Assembly (NCBI GenBank): GCA_043228905.1
Contig: JBHGNT010000011.1
Location: forward strand, 9,734,001 to 9,798,000
Reading direction: 5' to 3'
DNA length: 64,000 bases
DNA from: Azolla caroliniana
Lineage: Eukaryota > Plantae > Polypodiophyta
Part shown: positions 11,401 to 24,099 of the stretch, piece by piece
How the letters are laid out: each line of letters begins with the position of its first letter
Numbering within the stretch: the stretch's first letter is position 1
The notes under the pieces: generated by a model
The model's input: the letters and a program-made list of their open reading frames with translations, nothing else
The model's database searches: none
What the model was told of the DNA's origin: nothing
Made by a program: the position numbers and the translations under genes

Positions 11401-14400
11401 ATGGTAAGGAGTAAAGCATTGGTGCCCCATGATATAATCCAGCCAGAGATAGGTGCAGTCCCAAATAGTGACTGAGGCATTGAGCACTAACCAAGTCTTT
11501 CTTTTCTTTACCTTAGGCTTATTAATCATTTACCTTATCATTTCCTAGGGTCCTGTACAATATATGTTGATTTTTATTATTTACGTATCTAGAAATATCA
11601 TTTTGATTTGGTTTAAATAATTGAAGATGGATTTGAATCACATAATGACAGATACCCATGTTCTTAAATATGAGACTATAGACAAGGACATGCATAATAC
11701 TTGAGAGGGGATGAAAGTGAATAACTCAGGGATCGTAAGTCTGCCTTTGAAAAGGGAGTCTGCTGTGAGGATCCTTGAATATGATCTGAGCATTAATGCA
11801 GGTAATTTTTCAGGTACGCATCATTAATCCATCCAGCTGTATGGAAATGTATACGGTTGTATGGTATGTATGACCGCAACTGTGAGATACTACTGTTTTT
11901 TGAATTTCGTTCTTGAAGGATTACCCAACACAAGTTTTGCATCAATATATGTGTATATTGAAATTTATATAGGAAGTCATAAATGCAATCTGACTTAACA
12001 CCCAGAAATTTTTATTTCAACCAAAAATGCTACTTTGTTGTGTGGAAGGAAGATAACCAACCTGACCAAAGTGAAGAAAACTGTGCGTGTAAAGAGGATA
12101 AGTTACACCTCCAAGATCTACAGTATGAAGAAACTCGGGAGGTGGACGTGTATTTGGTATAAACGTAACCTAAAAGGAAAAAAAAAATCACAACTTAAAC
12201 AAATGTGAAAAAATCTTTGTTAAGCAATTGACATATAAATATCTAGAGTACATATTGCTCTAGACTCCACAAATATATTTATTGATTGGAGCCACAATCC
12301 ATTATAACACTGATCCATTATGTACATGTAGTGCAAAGAAATGGATATACTGTCTTAAGCAATGATAGTTGAAAGAAAATCTGAAGGTACACCTGAGCAG
12401 AAGCTCCACCCAGCTCAATTATTCCAACAGTATCTTCTGGGTCTCTTCCAAGGGTTCCACGAGCATAATTTGCAGCCACCCAAGCAAAAATCCCTTCATC
12501 TGTTCCTGTTCACAGAGATTGTAAGATGCATTATGTGTTATATACCCTAATTTGTAGAAAATGAAACGAATTCACACAAAAAACGTACAAAAATAGAAAA
12601 AAACAAAAAAAACGAAGGTGGAAGACTGCAAAGCATTTATGAAGAGACTTGTGGATCCATTTTGGGGTGGTTTTCATCATTTGCCAAATTAGAATGAAGT
12701 ACTACCCAAGTGCAATATATACCTTGAACAACTATAACATATACCCAACTTAGCAGATCTTGTCCACTAAACATAAACTGACTCTGATGGATAAATTTAA
12801 AAAATATATAAAGAGCAAAGCAGCACAAACAATATCTCTAATACATGTCCGATAAAAGAGGGTTCAAATCCTGGGGTGTAAAGTTCCCATGACCTCTCCT
12901 CATGGAATTTTCAATACTCCTGCCTAGTAGCTCTTCTCTGGAGTGTTCTAGGAATATTTTCTAATTTGTGCAAGCATTATACTTTGATCTACAACTACAC
13001 TTTGTTTCTCTGGGTTCATTGCCTCCTTTAAACTGGTATCAGAACCTTTAAATTTGTGTACAAGGTTTTATACAGAGTTCAATGGTAATTCTCTGAACCG
13101 AACTGAAATTACTCCTAATCATGCGGGGCATCATATTTATGCAAGAGAGTTTGTAGGAAACTGCTGGCATTTATCACAGCAAGTTTTTTGTGTCTTTTTT
13201 GGTCAAGAATCAGATGTTGTAGGTCTATCAACATGCAAATTTGGGCATTCCTGCATCATTTTATACTTGATGCATTACCACTGTGGAATTTAACAAAACC
13301 AGAGGTAAAAACCTAAAATTTTGCAGACAATTACAGTTTTTCAGATTTTCCCCAAATTTGATTTCAGTTCTCCCAGTAAACGTCCTTGTCATTATAGGTC
13401 CCTGTCTCACCAAAGCAAGCAATAAAAAGAAAAATAGATATCTCCATTCACCCATAAAATCTTAGGAAAATATTATCTTTGAAGCATGAAAATAAAAGCA
13501 GATGGCCATCAACCTCTAGAAACTTGAGATAATTGATCTCAATGTCATCTCATTAGAAAACATTTGATACTTGAAGCATGAAGAAAGCAGCAACAGATGC
13601 CCATTCATCTTTATAATCATTGATTTCACCTTACTAAACAAGTTTGATGCTTTAAATACTAACCTATAGCAACAAATGCCCATTCTTCTTTAGTATCACT
13701 ACCGTCACATTAGAAACAATTTGAGTCTTTAAAATATACCTGCAAATGTCGGTTCATCTCTAGTATTACATCTCATCAAAAGCACTTTTAACAGAAAGGA
13801 TTTCCATTCAATTATAGTCTCACAACCATCTCCTTAAAAAACAATTTGATTCTCGGAAGTATAGCAACAAACACCTATTCATCTCTAGCCTCCCTAAACA
13901 CAAGTTGATTCTCAAAAGTAGAAGTGTTTCTATTTATCACTAGTTCTCGCTACCATCTCACTAAAAAAATTTGATGCTCAAAGGTGGAACAATTGTCAAT
14001 GCATCTCTAGACTCACTAACATGTCACTAAAAATAAGAAAGAGATCACTAACCCGAAACAACAGATGCCCATTCATCTCGGAACCTGAAACCAGATGCTC
14101 GAAGGACAATTCGACAAGATTCCAAGATTCTCTCTTGTATAACAACATCTAATCTCCTCAAACCAGCTGTAGCCATAAGATAAATTCTTGCATTTTCTCT
14201 CTCTCTTTCAGGAACCTTCCTAGATGCAAACTTAAGCAACTCCATCAACGAATAACCAGCATTATGAGGATCCTCTGCAAAGGAAGATAAACCAGGTTTT
14301 GTCTTGAAAGACAAATCTTCTCTTCCAAACGTCACAATAGGAAGAGGACCGTTGTTAATGTATTCGAAAACATGAACTCTAGAGCCAGAGCTTCCTGCAT

Positions 14401-14725
14401 CAATGATGATGGCATATCCCCTATTTCTTTTCATTCTATGGTTATGGAAATTAGAAGAGAATCGGAACCCTTTAGAGAAGGAGAGGAAGTACAAAGAGAA
14501 ACAGAGTAGGAAGAGAAACAGTGTACAAAAGCATTTTCCCGAAGTGCCCGCTAGAGGTTTAGAATAGCTAGATGAGCGAAATGGGAATTGGGCAGCATTA
14601 TTAGTATTCTTATGTGATGACGATGGTGTCGACAATGATGACGAAGAAGATATTTTGGTGGGCTTATTTGAAGTAAAGTCCATAGATTTAGAAGAGATCA
14701 ATAGAGAGGAAGCAGACCGCCGCAT
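8406..14725 (-). CDS. GDA1/CD39-family apyrase (NTPDase), APY6-like, 8 exons, ~567 aa
   Basis: Exons with GT-AG junctions and consistent phase: 14725-14053, 12505-12393, 12169-12062, 10066-10012, 9908-9720, 9296-9199, 9084-8888, 8676-8406 (1704 nt). All five apyrase conserved regions are present: IIDAGSSGSRVHV, LMATAGLR, SGTDEGIFAWVAANY, GIIELGGASAQV, LDWALG. Hydrophobic segments at both termini match the two-TM plant apyrase clade. Confidence 0.93.
10930..11360 (+). mobile_element. LINE RT fragment in apyrase intron 3, antisense to the gene
   Basis: LLYADGIVLISDSLEEL*RHLD (degenerate YADD motif), then HIQFQELRAKL*LLGELVAPTLPYGVE. Confidence 0.75.
13480..14078. repeat. Degenerate ~55-90-bp minisatellite in apyrase intron 1, in register with the exon 1 end
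   Basis: About 8 units with core gcaacaRatgcccattcatct..ag...aatttgat. Bases 13591-13610 are identical to exon bases 14059-14078. Confidence 0.7.
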
Positions 14726-14987
14726 CGGACTCTTTCCAGTCCGATTTCTCTTCGTCTTCGCCTCTTCCGCTGCCTAGTCCTCATGGAATCATTCCTCTGA
14801 TTTCTTCATCTTTCTCTGATATAAAAAAGAAACAGAGATACAAGTCTCCTTCTTTTCTTCTCTCTCTCTCTCTCTCTCTATTTTCTTGCTTTCTTCTCTT
14901 GTGACTTCTGTGTCTTTTTGGTCTGCAGAAGAAATGGTACAGATCAAGCTCCTAATGCCCTGTTTTGTTTTGTTTTGTTTTGTTTTC

Positions 14988-14990
<3 letters not shown>

Positions 14991-15037
<47 letters not shown>
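14991..15037. repeat. (AG)n microsatellite in the apyrase 5' region
   Basis: Pure AG run. Further AG/CT/GT runs occur at 14860, 15096-15135 and 15743-15771. Confidence 0.9.
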
Positions 15038-15041
<4 letters not shown>

Positions 15042-15534
15042 TATGGGTTCAAGGCTCACAAATGTAACTTCATATAATATTTTTGCAATATAGAAGAGAG
15101 AGAGAGTGTGTGTGTGTGTGAGTGAGTGAGTGAGATAGATACATAGATTCTATTATCGTCTTCGGAGGTCAAATATGACCTATGAGACTAAAAATATTAC
15201 ATTTTCACGTGATACATCTGAAAGTGGGTAGCGACTCTCGATGTTCAAGAACTTTTACCAATGAATGTTGCAATCGAGAGTGCGCATTGTGGTTGTGAGG
15301 GAAATTCGTGCAAGGATTGGGCTTGGTCGAAGATGTGTGGAAAGCATGGTCAAATATGGTCGAAGGCAAAGCATTGTATCAAAGTGTGATACCCATCCCA
15401 TCCACCAAACCATTTTTCCATATCTTGCATCCAACTAGAACACAAAATTCTGTTTTTATACGTCTTTTGGATCTTTTTGCTTGCTTCCCATTGCTAGAAG
15501 AACGGTTACGAGAGAAAGAAAAGAGAGCCCAGAT

Positions 15535-15600
15535 GCATGTAGCTCAATTGGTAAGGTTGCCCAATGGAGACCAGGTGATCATGGGTTCAACCCCTACATT
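15535..15600 (+). mobile_element. tRNA-derived SINE-like fragment
   Basis: A-box-like TAGCTCAATTGG and B-box-like GGTTCAACCC at tRNA spacing. No proper cloverleaf. Confidence 0.45.
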
Positions 15601-15740
15601 CCACAGTGGCATCTAGTGAAATAGAGATATATATGAAGTATATAATAGAGAGGTAAGGAAATTGGGTTTCGAAGCCAAGACACTATCTTGTAGTGTTATC
15701 AACTTATTGGGGTAAGCTAATTACGATAATAATAATAATA

Positions 15741-15772
<32 letters not shown>

Positions 15773-15790
15773 GTCTTCTAAGGCCAAAAA

Positions 15791-16163
15791 TTGGCCCATG
15801 AGACAATTGGTGTACAACAAAATAGGGTATTTACCCAATCATCAAAAATAAAAAAAAGTAAAAATGGAACTTAAGCTAAAAGAGTTCTAGTATTGTACAA
15901 AACGTGTTATGGTGTAACATATTCAATAAAGGAAATGAATTTGTACTAGGCCTAGTTTCATTTCCATCCAAGCCTCTTGGCCCATGAGACAATTGGTGTA
16001 CAACAAAATAGGGTATTTACCCAATCATTAAAAATAAATAAAAAGTAAAAATGGAACTTAAGCTAAAAGAGTTCTAGTATTGTACAAAACGTGTTATGAT
16101 GTAACATATTCAATAAAGGAAATGAATTTGTACTAGGCCTAGCTTCATTTCCATCCAAGCCTC
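15791..16163. repeat. ~186-bp tandem duplication
   Basis: ttggcccatgagacaattggtg...ttccatccaagcctc at 15791 and 15977, nearly identical. Confidence 0.9.
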
Positions 16164-16429
16164 TCGAAATAAAGTGGGAGATCAAAGGGTTTCAGTGTGG
16201 GTGTGAGTCGTGGTCCCGGTGTAGAAGGTAACCCCAACCATGCCGTCTAGGTGGTGTAGCTCACGTTCCCTTATTTTCTTAATTGCTTCTACACCATGTT
16301 GAGTTGCTTTGAAACCCGTCATCCGAGGGTGTTTGGCTCTTCTTTGGTTTTCTGCTTCATCAAGGAAGAGGTTGAGTGATGTAGGTGTGTCCACATTCAT
16401 CGTCTCCTGATGTCCCTAAAAAACTTCAT

Positions 16430-18711
16430 TTTTTTACATGTTGGTGAATATTGGAAACGTTATTGTCAAGTTACATTTTGTAGTTTATTCTCTCTATGTT
16501 GTTTTAGCTCTAAAATATATCTGCCTAATGTCTTTATATCTAGAGTATCTAATAGTTTGGGGAGGGTGGGAGAGGGACCGAGTATGTCTTGGTATTTTGC
16601 CCTTATCTCAGCGTAAGTTGGACACTTGCATGTCATCCTCTATCCCTATGTGACATAATCTACACATCCTTTCCTCTCTAGGGACTCCATTAGTACAACC
16701 ATTCTCAATCTCAAGTTGGTGAGATGATAATCTAAGTTGTCCAATGGCAACCCTTAGTGCATTTGGTAAGAATGCATCTAGATATTTTGGTCGTGTAATA
16801 AAACTTAACTTAGAGAAGTGCATGAAGTGTTCCTTATAGTACAACATTTTAGATGGGAGTGGCTCTAGTGGGGTGATCCATTTATACATAGTGTAAATTT
16901 TCCATATTTTGTGGCGTATTATTTTATTACGGCCCTCATGAGAGATTAAAGTGTTATCAATCGTGTGATCGTACCTAAGGGGAGGTAGGTTATTAATGTC
17001 TAGACCGTTTGCAAGAAGCCAACTCACCATCATGCCATAACATGAGCTAGTATAGTTTGACTCATATAGTGATCAAGATGCCTCAAAAGCTTGATGAGAT
17101 ATCCTATCATGTGGTTGGCTATGTATCCTATGAATAGAGACTACAAGTTGAAAAAGTGCTTCTACTAACATCAGGGGACCGTAAGTGAACTCAACTCTAA
17201 TAATGTCATGCGATATCATCGATTTGCTTAGGAGTTGGTGTGATAACATTGTCATTAATGGTCTGTCTAATTGCATCCACCAATGGAACCCAAACCACTG
17301 ATGCATACATGAGGGAGGGGGTCACTAATGAGTCAAAGAGCCACCCCTTAGTCACCCCTTAGTCCATGGCTCTTGAAAGTATGCTTGGACGCATTGTCTC
17401 TCTAAGAGTGAGAGGGATGCATGTCCTCTCGTAAGTCTATCCTTCGTTGCCCGTGTCATTGAAAATTTACCTGAGCGGACACTGAAAGTGACTCCAAGAT
17501 ATACGTATGATCCAACTACCTCAACTGGGCTATGGGAGATGGTTAGGTGGCACTTAGTTCTAACTTGAGCCGATGTGTGGAAGATAAGGACTTTAGTTTT
17601 TCCCTATGTTCGCTACCAATCCTCGTTGTGTGTGAAAGTCATCTAAGGCACTAAGGTGCCTTTGTAGGTCGTGTTCAGATTCAGAGAGCAAAACTATGTC
17701 GTTTGCATAGAGCAAGATATGAACCTGCGTACCCCCAAGGACTAGGCAGTTGCCTCCCTTACGAGCAATAAAATCCGTGATCTCATCAATGTAGATCCCA
17801 AAAAGAGTTGGTGATAGGGGCAACCTTGTTTTACACCAATATAGCTAGTGAAGTAATCGGATAGGCCAGTTGGGCATCGTACACCCCCGGAGACTTGCTC
17901 ATATAGTGCGTAGATGGCCCAAATCATGTCATCTAGTATCTTCAAGCTTTTAATCCTATTAAAAAACCGCTCTCTAGGGACTGTGTCAAAGGCTTTGTGA
18001 AAGTCCACAAATCAACAATATAATTTCTTATTATGAGCATTTGTTTGGTCAATTAAACATCTAAGTGTGAAGATATGATCAATAGTAGAGAAGGCTCGTC
18101 TAAAGCTAGCCTATTCAAGTGCTCGAAGATTTAAGGTCTCCATATAATCGCTAAGCTCTGATTCCATTACTGCGCAATATAATTTATTGAGTGTATGACC
18201 CATCATAATGGTCCTATATGTATTTGGGTCCATGGGGTCCCCTTCTTTATGTATGGGGGTCACTGTGTTAATAGTCCATTGTGGTGGAAAACCCTCGGCG
18301 AGGGCACGGTTGAAGATTAGAGTTAGAAAGGGAGCTAGGCACTCTCCCACATATATGATATGTTCTGCTCACAATCCTGTGTGATCCATGGACTTCCTAT
18401 GTTGTAATTTCTTTATAACCTTCGTGATCCTAGAGGTCGTGAAAAGTGTCCCCATGGTAGGTCGGGGTGTAGAAGGCATTGGAATGGGTGGCTAGTTTGG
18501 GACTTGGTAAAGTCTCTCTATATATGTGTGCCAAGTTTTGGGATCCTCGATGGGTGTTTGTGGGCTTGGTTCCCGTAATCTCTTCCACGCATTGGTGCAA
18601 TCGATACTCATGAGCATATGGTAGAGTTCCCAATATTGGGATGCCTCCCACGCTTGTCTCTTACGACATGTCATCTTGTGCATTCTTTGCGAGCTTGTCC
18701 TGAGGTAATAG
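16430..18711 (-). mobile_element. Degenerate LINE ORF2 (RT plus C-terminal Cys/His domain), interrupted by the copia element
   Basis: Fragments TPIHKEGDPMDPNTYRTI, DFHKAFDTV, GVKQGCP, LLYANDIVLL and AIGQLRLSSHQLEIENG...REERMCRLCH, with many stops and frameshifts. Confidence 0.88.
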
Positions 18712-19013
18712 TGTTGACGACAAGGCCGTCAATGCGGAAGATCAAGTAGCATTCGATTGGGGTTGAGTACCTGCGTATGACAGTTTCCAAGATCGTGCAC
18801 AGAGATAGAGAGAGAGAGAGAGAGGAGGCACAAAAGACTCTTTCTATTCAATAGAAACAATAATACAACCAACCTTACAAAAAGGTTACTAGGTCACTTT
18901 ATATAGTGACAAACTTAGGGCAACTACCATTTATGCTAATTACACAAATGGCCCAAACTTGAGCTATACAAAGGGATAGTGTGAATACGTCCATTATACA
19001 CTTGTATTCGACA
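18712..19013 (-). repeat. Copia 3' LTR
   Basis: Differs from the 5' LTR at one position that I can see (18794 C versus 23875 T). Confidence 0.95.
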
Positions 19014-19206
19014 CTCCCCCGTAATGGGCGTATACATGGGTTATCTAAGATTACAGGTATAAACCTAGGTTCTCAGACATATCAGTTTTGTTCGAGTCGG
19101 CAGGGTCCGAAGGCAGAAGGCCGGACTGGTCAGGTCGGAAGAGTTGAAGCCGATCATTAAGGAACTGATGTCGGTTGTCTGAAACCATCCTGCGCTATGT
19201 CTGGCT

Positions 19207-22200
19207 CTAACCGGACTGGTTTGTCGTTACGCCCATCTGATGCCGAAGGGACCGAAAGCGGTCTGCCGAAAGACACTTGGTCATTCCATCTGCAACATTG
19301 TCGGTTGTGGATATTTTCTCTAGACCGATTTTCCCTGAAATGACGCAGTCCCGAACGAAGTGATATCGAACGTCGATATGTTTGGAGGCGTTGTGGTGAA
19401 CCGGATTTTTCGACAAGGCAACAACACCTTGACTGTCGCTATAGACAACTGGGGCCGAGTCATGGTCGACTTGTCGAAACGTGTGCGCCAGCCAGCCGAG
19501 CCACAAAGCTTCTTTTGCAGCGTCGGACGCAGCTACATATTCTGCTTCGGTCGTTGAGGTCGCTGTGCACTCCTGAAGTTTCGACTTCCACGAAATTGCT
19601 CCATTGTCGAATTTGAAGCAGTATCCAGTTGTTGATTTCCGACTGTCTATACAGCCGGCGAAGTCCGAGTCGGTGTAACCGACTACGCCTGAGGTTGAGT
19701 TCGGACCGAAAAGAATGCCGTGGTCTTTTGTGCCAGCCAGATATTTGAACACATGCTTGACTGCGTTCCAATGCGATCGGCCAAGATTGTGCATAAATCT
19801 GCTGACGACTCCTACGGCATGAGAAATATCAGGCCGTGTCGCGACCATCAGGTACATAAGGGAGCCGACTGCCGGTGCATACGGTACCGACTTCATATCT
19901 TCCCCCTCCGGACCGGATGTCGGGCAGTCTCGCTGAGAGAGCCGAAGATTCATGGGGAGCGGGGTTGAAGCAGATTTGGCTGATTGCATGTTGAAGCGTT
20001 CCAAGACACGTCCGATATAGTCGGTCTGAGACAAAAAAAGATGTCGTTTATCGCGATGCCGACTAATCTTCATGCCAAGTATGTGTCGTGCCGGACCGAG
20101 GTCCTTCATGGCAAACTTCAACCGCAATTGCCGAATGAGATCGGCAAGTTCGCCCGCGTGGCGTCCAGAAATTAGCATGTCGTCCACGTAAATGATGAGG
20201 AAGATGGGTGATCCATCTTGAGCTGTGTTGGTAAAAAGACAATAGTCCTCATCGCTTTTGGAGAAGCCGATCGATTGGATGAAGTCGTCGAACTTCTTGT
20301 ACCATTGTCGCAGTGCCTGTTTGAGGCCGTATAGACTCTTCCTGAGTCGGCAGACTAGATGTTCTTGGCCAGTTGCCACGAAGCCTTTTGGCTGCTCCAT
20401 ATAAATTTCCTCTTCAAGATCACCATGGAGGAAGGCTGTTTTGACATCTAGCTGAATCAGCTCCAAGTTGTCGGCTGCCACTACGCCGAGTAGAAAACGA
20501 AGGGTTGTCATTTTCACCACTGGTGAAAAAATCTCGTCGAAGTCGACGCCATATTCTTGTTGGAAGCCCTTCGCAACTAATCTGGCCTTGTACTTTGGGG
20601 TGGTCGAATCAGACGTCTCTTTTAGTCGATAAACCCACTTGCAAGGAAGAGCACGTCGATTCTTAGGTAATTCGACCAGATCCCAAGTCTTGTTTGCCCG
20701 AATGGAGTGCATTTCCGACTCCATCGCCAGATGCCAGGTGGCTGAATCGACAGATGTCGATGCTTCTTCGTAAGACGTCGGTTCGCCGGCGTCGGTGAAG
20801 AAAATTCCAGGAGAATACCTCTCCGGAGGTTGCGACAGTCTCTGGGATCGTCGAGGTATGATTGGACTGGTCGTATCGGGTATCGAGGTCGGATGGTCCG
20901 AAAGCGAATTATTCTGCTGTGCCGAGTCAGAGTTGTCCGAGTCGGTAGTGGAAGGTTCAGCTACCCGTGAAGCTGACCGTGTGTTAGGAGCGGGGCCTTC
21001 TTGAAGGGTCGGCACATCGGAAAATGTTACCCTTCGGACTTCGATCGGTGTTTTGACTGATGGATTCATAGCCGACTCGTTGAACACAACGTCCGAACTT
21101 CGAACAATTTGTCTGCGTTCGGGGTCCCAGAGTCGGTATCCCATTTCGCCGTCTGATCCATATCCAAGGAAAATGCATTTCCTGGACCGAGGTGCAAGTT
21201 TTCGGCGATCATCTTTCGGAATAAGGGCGTACGCCTCGCATCCGAAGATCCTCAGCTTGTCGTAATTCGGCTTACTGCCGATCCATAGTTCCTGAGGAAT
21301 TTGAAGTCCTAGAGGTCTGCTTGGCGACATATTGATTATGTGTACTGCCGTGAGTAGAGCCTCTGCCCAGAAGCCATCCGACAGTCCGGAGTGTTGGAGC
21401 ATGGAAACTATCCGTTCTTGGATTGTCCGATTCATGCGTTCTGCAATCCCGTTTTGCTCCGGACTGTGTGGTGCCGTAAATTCTCGTCGGATGCCGCGTT
21501 GTCGGCAGAATTTGACGAATTCTTCTGATTTGAACTCTCCCCCATTGTCGGTCCGAAAGCATTTCAGTTTTCGGTCAATTTGATTTTCTACCATAGCGAG
21601 CCAATCGGAGAAGATCGAGAAGACACGATCTTTGGTGCGAATTGGATAAGCCCACACCTTTCGAGTCGAATCGTCAATAAAACTGACGAAGTAAGAGGCA
21701 CCGCCGAGAGACTAATGCGGCATTGGGCCACAGACGTCCGAGTGGACTAAATCGAGAGGTCTCGTTTCTCTTGGTGCTGATGTCGGGTGTGATGCGGCTG
21801 CTTGTTTGCCATACTGGCAATGTTCGCAGAATTGTTGGTCCGAGAAGGAGAGTTTAGGGATGTATCCGGCTCTAGATAGGTGCGTAATGCCGGCCTTGCT
21901 GAGGTGTCCTAATCTTCTGTGCCATAGTGATGACACAGGAATATCCACCAAAAACAGGTTACCCTCTCTGAGCGTAACATGTAACGGATATAGTGAGTGT
22001 ATCTTGGGTCCTCTAGCAAGCAGGAGGTTCCCCCTGTGGAGTGTCCACCCTCCCGAAGAGAAACCGGCACGAATGCCATCTTCATCTAGTTGTCCGACTG
22101 AGATCAATGGCCTTGAGAGCTCGGGTACATGTCGGACATTGTGAAGTATAAGTGTAGAGCCACCTGCAAGGTTGAGCTCTACTGTGCCGATTCCAATGAT

Positions 22201-23238
22201 GTCACAGTGTTGCGAGTTGCCGACTCGAACTGAGTCGGAGTGACGGATCGTATATTGCCGAAATTGGGATCGATGAGGAGTCACGTGAAATGACGCGCCC
22301 GAATCTAAGAGCCATGTGCTCGATTCTTCAGTCGTGAGCAGAACTTCTGATCCGACTGGATTTTCGATTGATAGTATATTCGGGTCGTTTGGTAGCACAT
22401 CAGCTGAGAAGCTGACGTAATTGATCTCCTCATGCCGGCCACTCTTCTTGTCTGATTTCTGAGACTTGTCGTTCTTGTTCTTGAGTGCGCGGCAGTCGGC
22501 CTTGATGTGTCCGGGTTTCTTGCAATAGTTGCAGATTCGATTATCCCGTGACTGGCTCCGTCTTCGCTGATTGTTCGGCTGCCGTGAGGAATCTCTTCCT
22601 CGTATGTTCGATCGTTCTGTCGAACCTTGTACTACATAAGCGTCGTCTGTTGAGTCTTTGGCGAAAGACTTTCTCCGAGCTGCTTCGGTTAGGATTGCGC
22701 TCGTGACTTCGGAGTATTTAACAGCCGTGGTTGACGCGTTGCACACGGTTGTGACGAAAGTTTCCCATGATGAGGGAAGGCTGCTCATGAGTATCATTGC
22801 TCTGAGTTCATCCTCGATTGCCGTCCCCTGAGATGAGATTTGGGAGCTTATGCTTTCGTACTCATTGAGATGTGCTTGAACCGAATCTGATTCTTTCATC
22901 CGCAAGTTGTAGAGGCGCCGGATCAGAAACATCTTCGTTGCAGCGACCTTCTTTTCGTAGGTGTCCGACAATGTTTTCCACAGTTCGAATGTTGTCGTAC
23001 ACGATTGCACCGTAAAGTATACCGATTCCGATAGGTGCATCCGAATCGTGGCGCGGACGATTCTGTCCAGCTTCTGCCACTCAATTGGTTTGTATCCTTC
23101 TGGAGGTGCTTCATTTTCGATGGGATCGATTTGCCCCTTGACTATGAGATAGTCCTGCATTTGCTCCTTCCAGAAGTTGAAGTTCGATCCATCGAACTTT
23201 CGTAGACTCATTTCTGACGAGCCGGATGTTGATGTCAT
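19207..23238 (-). pseudogene. Copia gag-pol polyprotein with one in-frame TAG at 21712-21714
   Basis: CNYCKKPGHIKADC zinc knuckle, WLLDSGAS protease, HH-CC and DDE integrase, YVDD RT, RNase H (DSDF, EAEY, ADGMTK). The two track ORFs are in one frame, joined by PH*SLGGASYFVSFIDDSTRKVWAY. Confidence 0.93.
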
Positions 23239-23792
23239 GACTCTGCCCTAAGTCGGCTACGAACTTTGGTGAAGTGCAGCGGTTTGGCCCACTCAGTGTC
23301 GTTCTAGTCGAAGTTGGACACAAGTGATGTTGATTACGGAGAATCGGGGATTTGGTTCGGATTGACTACCGACAACTGTCTTAGTCGAGTTGAACCTAGT
23401 TTTAACGATCCGACAATACTTCAAGCCGATTCGGTTTCGGTTGACTGCAACGGTGAGAGCAATGGAACCGACTGGTCCTTCCGATTATTGTCCAATCGAA
23501 TGAAACACGAACTGGGGTTGTCCTTGAAGTCGTCGTTGTGCAGGAAGCCCACCTCAAGCAGTTACGATCAAGGAAGTAGAGTACAGCCGACTGGTTTACT
23601 CCGAGTGATGATCTAACGCAGCGAGATTCAAGCTTGTGTTTGCCTACTTTCTTCTCTGTTTCTTCGAATGACGCAAGAAAACTAAAATGCTTTGCAGACT
23701 AGGATGAAGCGAAAAACCGAATACTGTGCAGGATGTGATGACGGCCGACAGCGGGTTGAGGAACCGAATACTGTGCAGGCTCTGATACCAAA

Positions 23793-24094
23793 TGTTGACG
23801 ACAAGGCCGTCAATGCGGAAGATCAAGTAGCATTCGATTGGGGTTGAGTACCTGCGTATGACAGTTTCCAAGATTGTGCACAGAGATAGAGAGAGAGAGA
23901 GAGAGGAGGCACAAAAGACTCTTTCTATTCAATAGAAACAATAATACAACCAACCTTACAAAAAGGTTACTAGGTCACTTTATATAGTGACAAACTTAGG
24001 GCAACTACCATTTATGCTAATTACACAAATGGCCCAAACTTGAGCTATACAAAGGGATAGTGTGAATACGTCCATTATACACTTGTATTCGACA
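23793..24094 (-). repeat. Copia 5' LTR
   Basis: Followed on the minus strand by AT-separated PBS TGGTATCAGAGC. Confidence 0.95.
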
Positions 24095-24099
24095 AATAG

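Larger units (their letters stand above)
18712..24094 (-). mobile_element. Full-length young Ty1/copia LTR retrotransposon (5383 bp)
   Basis: 302-bp TG...CA LTRs (18712-19013, 23793-24094). 5-bp TSD AATAG (18707-18711, 24095-24099). tRNA-iMet PBS TGGTATCAGAGC (23790-23779). PPT GGGGGAG next to 19014. Domain order gag-PR-IN-RT-RH. Confidence 0.97.

Noticed and set aside
21712-21714. Programmed stop-codon readthrough in the copia polyprotein
   Set aside because: The TAG lies inside the integrase rather than at a gag/pol boundary, and lacks a CARYYA-type readthrough context (TAG TCT CTC). A simple transition explains it.
19360-23616. Short antisense and alternative-frame ORFs over copia, and likewise over the PPR and Ty3 coding regions
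   Set aside because: They are shadow ORFs of GC-rich or long coding frames with no recognisable motifs.
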